This document shows, in pieces, positions 1 through 11,248 of a DNA stretch of 64,000 bases. Position numbers and translations under genes: made by a program. The notes beneath the pieces are model-generated. The model searched no databases, was not told the origin of the DNA, and was given only the letters and a program-made list of their open reading frames with translations. Origin of the DNA: Calcarisporiella thermophila CBS 279.70 (taxonomy: Eukaryota > Fungi > Calcarisporiellomycota); the NCBI RefSeq assembly GCF_041956535.1, contig NW_027192211.1:74044-138043 (forward strand). The letters are read 5' to 3'. Within the stretch, counting starts at the first letter, position 1, and each line of letters begins with the position of its first letter.

Positions 1-367
1 GGTCCAGGTTGTTGGCGGAGTTGTCGAGGATACCACGACGCCAGTGGTGGTGATGATGGTGGTGGTAGTGGTCGTCGTAGCAATTGTCGTCGTGGCAGTA
101 GCCGTGGCCGCCCTTGTAGTAGATGCCCTCACCGCCCTGCTTGGAGAGGTTGGAGTTGTCTCCGGGCCCGCTGGCCTTGGTGTTGGCGTTACGGTTCTCC
201 GAATCCTGAGGGTTCGAGTTGACAGTGGAGTCGATGGCCTCTACGTGGTCAATGAGGTCCAAATTGTTGGCGGTATTGTCGAGAATACCACGCTTGTGTA
301 GAGGAAGAGCAGTGGAGAGGGAGGCCAGTCCCACGACTGTAAAAGCAAGAATGATGGGTGCCTTCAT
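1..367 (-). CDS. Secreted Kex2-processed repeat protein (KEP) precursor, His-rich; 3' truncated by window edge
   Basis: Manual translation from ATG 367: MKAPIILAFTVVGLASLSTALPLHKR|GILDNTANNLD...CHDDNCYDDDHYHHHHHHHWRR|GILDNSANNLD. Signal peptide, dibasic sites, repeated N-terminal motif, frame open to base 1. Absent from the ORF track. Confidence 0.85.
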   Translation of the reverse strand, partial: MKAPIILAFTVVGLASLSTALPLHKRGILDNTANNLDLIDHVEAIDSTVNSNPQDSENRNANTKASGPGDNSNLSKQGGEGIYYKGGHGYCHDDNCYDDHYHHHHHHHWRRGILDNSANNLD

Positions 368-850
368 GGCTTTTTCTTATGTAGAAGATCTATGGAGGTA
401 GATTGGATGTGAAGAGGGAAGGGGGAAGAGGACGATGAACAGTAGCCGTGCAAGGGGGTATTGAGGAAGAGGGAGAGGGGGTGGGTATGTTTTGGAGTGG
501 TTATAGAGAGGGTATCCCAAAGAGAATGTCGGTGAGCTCTTTGGAACTGGTTTGCAGGAGGGGTTTATATATTGAATCTAGTTTACATTCCCTGCCTCCA
601 TCGGATTATTTACGCGATTTCCTTTTTGCTCGCGGCTCTGGCCGTGTTTTTCCTTTTCGGCGCATACCTGTGTAATGACTTCGAGGGAGGGCGCGACGAA
701 GAAAGGGCTGCTTGGGATTTGCTAACATTCTTTGCGGTTTTGCCACCCGCCTGCGCACATTTTTCAGCTACAAAACGGAAAGGGCCTCTAAACGCATCCC
801 ACACGGGGAGCTGAAGAAAATGCGATAACGAATTCTCGCGTTCTTCGGTG

Positions 851-886
851 AAAATTCCTGCCCATTTCGAAATGGGCAGGAATTTT
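851..886. repeat. Perfect 36-bp palindrome
   Basis: aaaattcctgcccatttc|gaaatgggcaggaatttt is its own reverse complement. Confidence 0.95.
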
Positions 887-2028
887 TCCCCTCCCTGGGC
901 AAGATCCGCAGAGATGCGTTTTTTTTTCTCGCTATTTTTCCTTCTTGGGCCGCCGGCCCCTCAGGAGCACGAGCGCTCCATTTTACCGTCTTAAACGCAA
1001 TGGCCCTCTATCCTCCACAGCAATCGGCAATCTACCGTTCGCGATGGGTCCTTGGGTAACCGATGGGCCGTGACCGTGTCCCATTTCAAACGTAACGAAT
1101 TTGTGGGAGAATGACGCGCCCCTCTGCGTTGCGGGCGGAAAGGGAAAGAAGAGGTTAGAAATGGCACCATTGAATCCAATGCTAGATAGCCCAAGCAAAA
1201 GAGCATCTTGGGAAGGTTCCTTTTGAGAAGACGAAAAGGCAAACTTCATTACCATTTTTATCTCCCTGCAAATGGGGACGTCAAGGCCGTGCAGGACCGG
1301 CTCCTGAGCCCCTCATCCTATCTTTGTATTGCATTTCACAGAGATGCTCTTCGCATCATCGATAACTATTCCGCTTCACTTACAAAAAAAATGAAGCGGC
1401 AAATATGTGTTCACATTCAGCCTAAATCAAATAATAATTTTTTTTTGTATGAGAATGACCAAATTATGTTTACAAGCTATACTACTCAAATGCTTCATCC
1501 TGAACTATATGGTACCAAATTCTCAAAATACTCAGGGCTCAGGTATGAAAGCCATCAAACACCACGCTTAAATCTTCAACCTTTGCTTCGCTTTCGGGAT
1601 TCGAGACAAAGATGGGTTCCAAAGGTGCGCAATGCGAGTACTCCCAAAACTTATGGCGAACCTCTTACATATAGTTACTTTTCAAATTGAATTTGACAAT
1701 GAGATTAAAGAGAGAGATATAGTATTTTTTTCGTGGAGAGTGAGTGAAGCTCAATTTGGTTTCAACCGGCTAGTACTTGCTCGTCTTGAGCCGGGTGGAG
1801 TTTGTAGGATTGTTATGGAGGCCAAACGCCTGGTATTGACCGTAAGGCTTTTCCGTTGTGCGCGTAAGATTGAATAGCTCCTAACTGTTCGGATCTATCT
1901 CAGAATGACCCGTGGAGAACTCGTCATTCAACTCGGGATCCAAATGGTCGTAATCGGCATCAGCGTGTCAAGATCCCGCCCTTATAGCACGTTTGTACCC
2001 GCGGTAGCCGCCAAGTTGGGCTAGTCTT

Positions 2029-3123
2029 TGTGACACGACCAACCTCCAACCCCTTTTTACACAACATTCATTTAATATTTTCTTTTTTTACATAGACTCG
2101 TTTTTATTTATACGCATAGACTCATTTTTTATTTACTTAATTACAATCCAGTTCAGTTCTGCAGTTTTGTATTCCTTTGGATGTTTTCTCTATATACCCT
2201 TCTCTTCCTTAATTTTCAGTTCCTCGCCTTTTCCATTCTTTATATAAGGGAATCGTATTTCTAACTATTGCTGTTACATTAATGGAGAACTGGGATTTTC
2301 AGGATTGATATCGATTATGAGGGGTTCAGGGTGTTCATCTGGCGCGCTCGACACCGCCAGAGACGGAACTCTGGTCAAAAATGCGTGAGGTCCGTGTTCG
2401 AGGTTGCAACTATGTGTTTGAGTAGCGGACTTAAGTCTCATTAGGCGAGGTGTCTTTGTTTTGTTGCTCGGTTGAGGCTGTTGGTTGCGTTTCCTCGCTG
2501 TAAGCTTGTTTTACATTTGGGTGCGACAGTTTGTGCGTTGGAAGATTAGTTGGGTGAGGGTTTGTCCTTTTTTCCGGTTGATTTCCTTTTAGTTTGGAAC
2601 AATCGAACCACCAGTGATCGCCTCTGCAGTCCGAGCAAGGGTACGGAGGTTTGCTTCTCCAGAACAGCTTGTTTGCACTTGTTTGGATGGTTTCTCATTA
2701 TCGCGCGGATTGAGCCTCTGTATTAGGTGACAAATGCGTCTTTGCAAGGTTTCTAACGTCTGTTGGCAGTCCGCTGAGGATCTTGCAAATCATTATTTGA
2801 TTGCTGCTCTCCCCGTAAACTCGTCGCGACAACGAGCATTTATCCCGATAGTAATTCATAATTTGTTCCTTGTCGTTAAAGGTGTTAGAAATACGATTCC
2901 CTTAGTTAGAGATTGGGAAAGGTGAGGAACTGAAAAAATTTAGGGAATTGAAGGTTATATAGAGAAAGAATCCAAAGGAAAACAAAACTGCAGAACTGAA
3001 CTGGTTGTAATTGAGTAAATAAAAATATGAGTCGATGCGTATAAATAAAAACGAATCTATGTAAATAAGAAAAACACTAAATGAATGTTGTGTAAAAAGG
3101 GGTCGGAACCTGGTCGCATTACA
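2029..3123. mobile_element. Non-autonomous LTR-retrotransposon-derived element with inverted ~250-bp arms, gag remnant and 5-bp TSD
   Basis: Termini TGT...ACA. Arm 2029-2278 is an imperfect inverted copy of ~2884-3123. GTCTT lies directly on both sides (2024-2028, 3124-3128). Interior (minus) translates to a gag-like fragment. Confidence 0.85.
2440..2880 (-). pseudogene. Ty3/gypsy-like gag remnant with zinc knuckle
   Basis: FNDKEQIMNYYRDKCSLSRRVYG...MICKILSGLPTDVR...**...PPYPCSDCRGDHWWFDC (C-x2-C-x3-H-x4-C); in-frame stops. Confidence 0.7.
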
Positions 3124-3995
3124 GTCTTGGAATTATCGCTGTAACCGAAGACATGTTAAATGAAGCTAGTTGGAGCGTTTATATAAAGAGGATCCGAATC
3201 AAGCTCAACATCAGGGGTAGAAGTAGGTGCGTGGCCAGAAACTGGACTAAACCTTTATATTGCACCTGGAGATATGCTTTGGAGGAGGGCTTGCTGCATT
3301 TAACGGGCTCCCTACTGTTTGTCCTTTTTCTTATGGAAAGCATTGCGGTGACCATTGGGCGTTAAATTGTGAAGAGCTAAACCCAGACTTCTCGAGTTGA
3401 GAAATAGGTTGCTCGCCTCTCTTTATTTCCAATATCCATGGCAAAATGCCTCGAATGTTTATACTAGTAGCGAGATATTCCTGGCCAATTTCTCTTCCGA
3501 TGCTATTATTCGCCATGGTTTTTCCGAGATATTAGGTTAGAGTATGTGAACCACCACCACGATCCCCTTCACCTCTAGATGGTGAAGGGGACATTGCTAG
3601 GGCAGACCACGTTCAACATTTATCTCGAGAACGGGAACGCGTAACCGAAACTGACAACTCCGATTCCGAACTAATAAGTTCTCTTTAATTTGTTCACAAG
3701 GAAAGCCGGCCCTGGCCAGGTGGCCCACGAGAATTTATAGGAAAATTTTGAAACTCCAGATTATGGTAAACAAGTAATGGCAATTTAAACCAGCCTACGG
3801 GGCCGCGAGATGGGACATCACATAGGGTGGCTTGGTCAAATTTTCTTCCAATCATCGATCGACGCGCTTCTCCTCTCTTCCCTTTTGTCGAATCTCCCTC
3901 ATCCTCATTAAAGCGATCGTCGCATTTTCTCTTTTCTGTGTCTATTTTTTTTCTTTTTGTTCTTGGAGAGAAGCTCAATCAACCATTCTCTCGAC

Positions 3996-4913
3996 ATGGC
4001 GCGCTTAGCTATTCTAGCTCAGCTCGGTGCCCTCTTAGTTTTATTGCTGGCCGCCGGTCGTGCCAGCGCTATCAAATTCGATCTCCCCGCACGAACCCCA
4101 GAATACGCGAGTGAACACCGTAAATGTCTCTTCACCTATGTGCCCCACGACACACTTGTAGTAGTGACGGTGAAAGTGGGCGATGGTTACAATCAAAAAG
4201 TGGACATGGAGGTAATTCTAAATCTCGCTCTATTAAGCTCTTTTTAATCCCTGCTTGCCATCGTGTGTATCCTAATGATGTTATGATGATGCCCTTGAAT
4301 AGATTTTTGATCATAGCCCTCAGCATAATGAATATGGAAGGCGACGAGACCTAACCGATGCCCGAGTTGCATTCAACACTCATGCCGATTCCGAAGTGTC
4401 CGTATGTTTCACGAACACCTTGGATGAGGGTAAAGTTATTGCCATTTTTCTTTTCTTTGCTCCCTATGGTCTAATGACGTCGCATCGTTTTTTCTATTGT
4501 AAAATGTAGGTTTCAAGGAGGATCCCAAATACAAGCGGTCGATTGACCTGGTAATCGATGTCGGCGCAGAGGCAGTTGAATCCGAGAAACTCGCCAAGGC
4601 TGAGAAACTGAGGCCCATGGAGGTGGAGCTCCGAAAACTCGAAACCGTTGCTCAGGAGATTGTAGACGAGATGGAGTATCTCAAGTCCCGGGAGGCAGCG
4701 CGTCGCGATACAAACGGTAAGCCCGAAATTCCGGGTTATTCTTCAGGAGAAGGGTGCTGACTCATTCCCATCTTAATCTACGGATGAATAGAATCCACCA
4801 ACTCGCGTGTCAAATGGTTCAGTATCCTCAGCATTGCTACTCTGATTAGCCTTGGGACGTGGCAGATCCTATACCTTCGTCGCTTCTTCAAGAGAAAGCG
4901 CCTCATTGACTAG
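3996..4913 (+). CDS. ERV25: p24 family delta subunit (emp24/gp25L, TMED10/Erv25)
   Basis: Signal peptide, GOLD domain, [12 protein letters not shown] coiled coil, [16 protein letters not shown]-terminal FFKRKRLID*. Exons 3996-4211, 4303-4429, 4510-4716, 4792-4913. Confidence 0.92.
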
Positions 4914-5689
4914 TCCACGTGGCAGCGCACAAAAGAGAAGGAGGAGGGGTGTGATGGCTTGTTTTTCCTCTTCTTCTAATGTTTGTTTTGGAGAAACGCA
5001 CAAAATCGACCTATGCTTCTTTCTTTTTCCTATTGAATGTATTAGTGCTTTTCTTTTTTCGCCCTTGTTTCTCGCTTGGAGATTTTTTTTAATTTTGATG
5101 GGAGGCTTATTCAATATATTTGGATTTATCTAATGGAAACCCCACTTGTCGTTTTGAATGATCCATGGCTCACGTTTCATTTCTCAATGGCCGTTTTGAT
5201 ATTTCAGTACACCGAGCGGCCACTTGTACTCTGAGCAAAAAGCAAAAAAAAAACAAAAACAAATCAAACTACTCGCTGACGTGCATTTTCAAGAGTGGGC
5301 TGGATAGAGAGGAATGCTAGAAAAATGAGTCCTTTATCAATCCTAAATAGCAGGTAGAAATGATAGCACGATACAGATATAACGATATACAATTTCAATA
5401 TATATATATATAATTAAGTAGTTCTCACGCAGAGAGGAGAGCAGGACGAGGAGAGGCGATATGGAGACAGAGGAGACGATAGGAGAGAAGGCGTGCAGTG
5501 AGTATAGAAATACAACAGTGTGGTTAATGAATGGGATAGGTGATCAGATGGATAAAGAGATGGGGTGGTATTTTAAAATTATATGAAGGCATATATGTAA
5601 AGTAAAGACTAATATATAAATAGTAGGCACAGTATGAATAAGAAATGCGATTTGATTGTGTACAGAATAGAGGGAGCGTCCAATGCAGC

Positions 5690-6606
5690 CTACACAAGAC
5701 ATAGCTCGAGAGTCCATGTTCTTCGCATCCACACCCGCAACGATGTGGATTCCAGCTCAATGGTGGTCCCATCCCACCACGTCTTCTTCTACAACAGGAC
5801 AAAGACGAGCGTTAGTTCAAAAGGGGGTTCTGCCGATAAACACTACTTACGGCGGGCTTCTTCCAGAACAGGAAGAGCTTCTGCGTCGTCGATTTTTCGG
5901 TCATGTCCGCGCGCAAAACTGCCATCTTCAGGCTGCAAATGCTCGTCCTCGTCGGCTCCTGGCTGCGGTAGTCCCATTGACTCTCGTGCGAGAAGCCCGA
6001 CACGCACAACAAATCGATGAGATGCTGCTCCGCAGAGTTGCCCTCCTTTTTGTACATGTTTCGCTCTAGCGCGTCGAAGACGCGGCGATTCTCCAGAAGA
6101 ACGCTGCCGACGTGGCGCTTGAGATTGGAGCTATTACACTGTGCGTTTCCAATGATATAGTAATCGAGCTCCTCGCGCAGGATGAGAATCGGAATTCGAT
6201 CGGGAAGCGGCACCTGTTGCTGAGGCGCGAGCCTACGACCCGTCCGTGCGCGCTCATAAAACTGGAGGATCTGCTTCAAGTAGGCCGGATCGAAATCAAT
6301 ATAATAGGCCTGGGGATCCTGCTGTTTTTGCAGCTGCCGCGGCTGCGTTGGCTCATGCTGGTTACTTATGATATCCTCGTACTCGAAATCGTCAAGATTG
6401 TGGGGCGGGAGAATGCTGTCGGGGAACATGATAAGAAGGATGGATTCCGGTAGGGACATGAGAGTCTGCCTGTCAAATTCAAGGCGAGTCCCGCGCAATT
6501 CGAATATCAATTTGCGCGAGCCGCTGGCGGGCGAGGGGACAAGGGGAGGAGATATGTCAAAAGAATTGGCGACGGGTTCAGGGGATGCGGTGATTTGGGA
6601 TGCCAT
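5690..6606 (-). CDS. WHI2: Whi2-like BTB/POZ general stress / amino-acid response protein
   Basis: LREELDYY, AEQHLIDLLCVSGF, KLFLFWKKPA|KKTWWDG...VWMRRTWTLELCLV*. One intron 5850-5789. Confidence 0.88.
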
Positions 6607-7818
6607 GGCGGTCGTTGTCCTTTGGAGGCGAGGAGGAGTGGCGGGGCATAAGATTTGGTGGGGACCTCAAAGTCAACTAATGACCTCCCCTATCTCCCCA
6701 CTGTGTCACCCTCTTGGCCAATCAGCGCCACCTTTCCCATCTGAAAGGCTTTTCCCGGCTTCGTTGTCCATATTAAAAAACAGCCTTTACATTTTACTAC
6801 GATTTCTTCAACGGCCTTTGATTACCTTCTATCCACATGGCCTCGATCTGACCGCGCGTGAGTCAGGCCATGGCACTCTCTCTGCTTTACCGCTTCTGTC
6901 CTGTGCTTTGTTCCCCGCCCCCCTGATCATTGGACTAGCGACTGGTTTTGCTTCGTCCGATTCGATCCAAATTGATTTGCTCCAGGGGAATAGGAAATGA
7001 GCCGTATCTTCGCTGTAGGGCCCAAGTTGGAAGGAATACGGATACGAAGCAGTGACGAGCTTAGAGAGTGAAATCAATCCATGAACCTGCAAGCTATCCT
7101 TCCGAAAGTTTGTTTTTTTTTACGGCGCCAGAAAGCTTCAAGATGCGCAGGCGTCATGCTAGGGCAAATGCGGCTAATTTTGCCTCTTAGAGCTTTCATT
7201 AAAGGCACCACTCAGGATATTGCACTACTCTTTTGCTTTACCTCGAGGACCAGTTCATTTGAGTGGAGCTATCATTAACGGACTTACGGCTGTGAGAGCC
7301 GTCTACTCTGGTAGCCCTCGACGAAATCTCGACAACCCTAGTGTTGGGCCAACTTCTGCAGAAATGTGCGAGGATAGGCCTTAATGGTTTGGGGATCGCT
7401 GGCTTCTCAGCCGCCAATGCTGCCCAATCTACTTCAATTGGGTATCCCGCATCAAAAAAGCTGACGCTGCTGGTGATGACGATGTATAGATTTTTTCAGA
7501 GTTTTGTGCCAAAATATCGTTATGGACAGCGCAAAGTTTCTTCTTGACGGGGCTTTTATAATTAAAGCAACCGTTCCGCCTCACTCTACTAAGGAGTGCA
7601 TGTCCATCCATTTATGGATCAAGAGAATCTGGAACCCCTCCTACCAGCTCTCCTCTAATTGTCGGGTCCTTTGCACTCTGTTTTGCTATTGACATAAAGA
7701 CAAAGGCACCCTCATTAGCACCATATGCAGAGTGCATAGCTTTATTTTTTTTTTGGAAATAGATAATAGTTGCAAGGATGTGTCTTGAGTTTCTACGTGG
7801 GTTGAATAGAGCCGTGCT

Positions 7819-8853
<1,035 letters not shown>

Positions 8854-9574
8854 GGCGGCTTTTGTTTTCGCAATTGCTTAGAGCAGTCAGCAACCTAAAT
8901 TTATACCCTCTCCCCTCTCTGGCTGCGCCATATTCCAGTAGCGGAGCTCAGCCTGATCGGGCAAGGGAGGGAGTAGGCCAAGATAGGCGATCACCCTGTT
9001 TTGGCGGATGATAAGCCACCCAAAACCTGGAATGCGTGCCCTATCCAATCCTTATCGGATGGGCTAGTGGGGCCCGCGGGAGCCTTGGGCGGCCAACACG
9101 GAGGGGAGGCATTCTTACTCTGACCAGGAAAACCACCTCTTTACCGTCTTGGGCTTGAAGGGGCCCCCTTGGACCCACTGCAAGCAGGATGCAAAGCAAA
9201 GCTTCCAAGCGAAGTTCAAAGTCAGCTCTTCTCCAAACACACACGAAATCAAAATGTATTATGGCATGAAAGTGAGCATCGCATTTTTTTTAGGGGGAAA
9301 GGGGGAAGGGGGAGGGAGGAGAGGAGCCGAGGGGAAGGCAAAGGGGATAAGGGGAGTTGAAATGGAGCGGCCCAAGCCTAACACGACCGTCAATAGAGGA
9401 AAAAGAGCCCAATGTTCACCGATGAAACCCAGGAGAAATAGAAGAGAAATGGCAGAAGGATTAAGCACATAAACATAGAATAGAACGCGTCCCGATGCCC
9501 CGATGGTGTTGTATGGATGTATAGGCTGCGAGGAGGATGGAGGATCTAGAGAGGTGTCAGTGTCTAACAAGATT

Positions 9575-9700
9575 TTAGCTTGGGCAAGCGGCGTAGGCGG
9601 GGTGCCGCTTGCCGCACTTTTCGCAGAGACAGTAGGGCGGGTTGATGTCGCGCTGGGTGCGCCCCCGCGAGGACAGGAGGGAGCTGGAACAAGCGGCCAT
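9575..9700 (-). CDS. Putative 41-aa Cys/His microprotein
   Basis: MAACSSSLLSSRGRTQRDINPPYCLCEKCGKRHPAYAACPS*, preceded by a long CT-rich leader like those of neighbouring real genes. Confidence 0.4.
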   Translation of the reverse strand: MAACSSSLLSSRGRTQRDINPPYCLCEKCGKRHPAYAACPS

Positions 9701-11248
9701 GGGGGAGCGATGGGGAGCGGGATGGCGAAATGGATGGCGATTCGGATCGCGATGGAGAGAGAAGGACGGGAGAAGGGCGAAAGTCAAAACGGGACAAGAA
9801 ATGCGAATGTGTGAAAAAAAGCGGTTGTGTGCTCCAACTCTAATGCACGGACCGTTACAAGATTTAGAAATTGGTGAAGCTTAACCTGCTTCTATTTTGC
9901 ACAGGCCCCCTCCCTCGATTTCTGCGGCTCTGGTAACCGGGGCCGCCTCTTATACGTCAGGGGCGTGCAACCCTACCGGGTGCCCAGCAACCCTAAGCAA
10001 GCGCCCTAGCTGCTTCGGGCAACTCCTCCCTCCGCCACGTGCCCGCGACGGCGATTAAGCTGCAGGCAAGAAAAGGTTTATTGGAGGGGAGAAGGTTGCA
10101 TGGGCGCAGCTGCGCGGTGCTAGCCTGGCCCTTGAGTCTGCGAGGTGACAAGTGCGCCTCACCCGAATGCTGCGTTAGAGTTCGCGGCTGGCCGGAAGAT
10201 CGAGCCTGGGCGGGGGGCGGGCCCAGGAACAACACTTTCCCGGGCGAGGGCGGCCCGCAGGTTCTCCCGCCGTCGGGCCCAGGGGGTGGGGAAAAAGGTT
10301 CTCAGTTCTAAGCTCAGCCATGCTGAAGGGGGAAATAAGGTCGCGCCATCTAGATTTTGCGATTCGGAGGGCAGAGTAAACTCGCAAAGTGCACATGAAA
10401 TTCAAGCTTATTTGAGATCGGTGTGGGTTTGGCCAGTCCTCAAGCGAGCCCGCCCTAATTACGTACGCATGCGCGGGAGAGGTGCAAGCCCAGGCCAATT
10501 CGCAATAAGGTCCTTCCATCTCGAAGCTAATCTTCCCGGCCTCCAGCGTCGCCTTGTCGCTCCCCCCGCGCCCCTCCCGACTTCCTTGCCCGGGCTAGAT
10601 GGCGCTACGCCTGATTATGGTAATGTGCAAACGGGATTGGCACTGCGCCGGCTCAGCCAGCTTTTCGCCACTGCCAAACGTTGAGGAGAAGGAGGGCTCT
10701 CTTCTAACGAAAAAAAAAAAACTCTATCGCAGTAGCAAATACAAGCATGCACTCCCTTCTCGCCATTCTGTTTAGAATTGAGAAGCCACCCGATATGGCC
10801 GCTTATCTTGCGGTCCGAATGGGAACGCAATCAACCGAAAGGCCGGCCGGCGCGGTGGAGCTAAAATTTGCTGCTCGGAGGGAGGGCGGCAGGGCCGGCC
10901 GCGGTCGCATTCGCAAATTCGAGTTTCGCAGCCGCTCAATTTTGGACAAAATCCAAGACGATATAAAAGTACTCACCCTCACGTGAGCTCACCCCTCTAG
11001 CCCTCCTCCCCCTCCTCGAAAAGGCATCGAATGACGAAATCGCGATGTGACGTCCCAGAGACGAAATTTTTGTTTTCATTCGTTTTGCTGTCCCACTTTT
11101 TCGCTCACTAGCTCGTTAGAACCCCCCTCCTCTCCCCCCCCCCCATTTCCAACTCCATAGACATCGTATACAATCCAATAAAAGATATACCTCTCATTTG
11201 AACATCACGACTCATCTAATCTGGCACATGTACTTTTAAACCACTTGA

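Noticed and set aside
44-401. Val-rich + strand ORFs
   Set aside because: Antisense shadow of the His/Asp-rich KEP gene.
1208-1877. 160-aa and 81-aa ORFs
   Set aside because: No recognisable motif, non-ATG or weak starts, next to a TE; likely spurious.
1950-3560. Host sequence rejoined across the element reads IPRLAQLGGYRGYK, reminiscent of an IS4-type transposase tail
   Set aside because: Too short and stop-ridden to support any assignment.
3563-3591. 11-bp stem hairpin tccccttcacc/ggtgaagggga
   Set aside because: Isolated, no U-tract, no assignable function in a eukaryote.
6829-7700. Possible LINE/Penelope relic (GTVALIIK, KPLRPIL fragments)
   Set aside because: Motifs too short and in different frames.
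9993-10986. Several overlapping 70-180 aa ORFs
   Set aside because: Expected in GC-rich promoter DNA; no domains or coherent exon structure.
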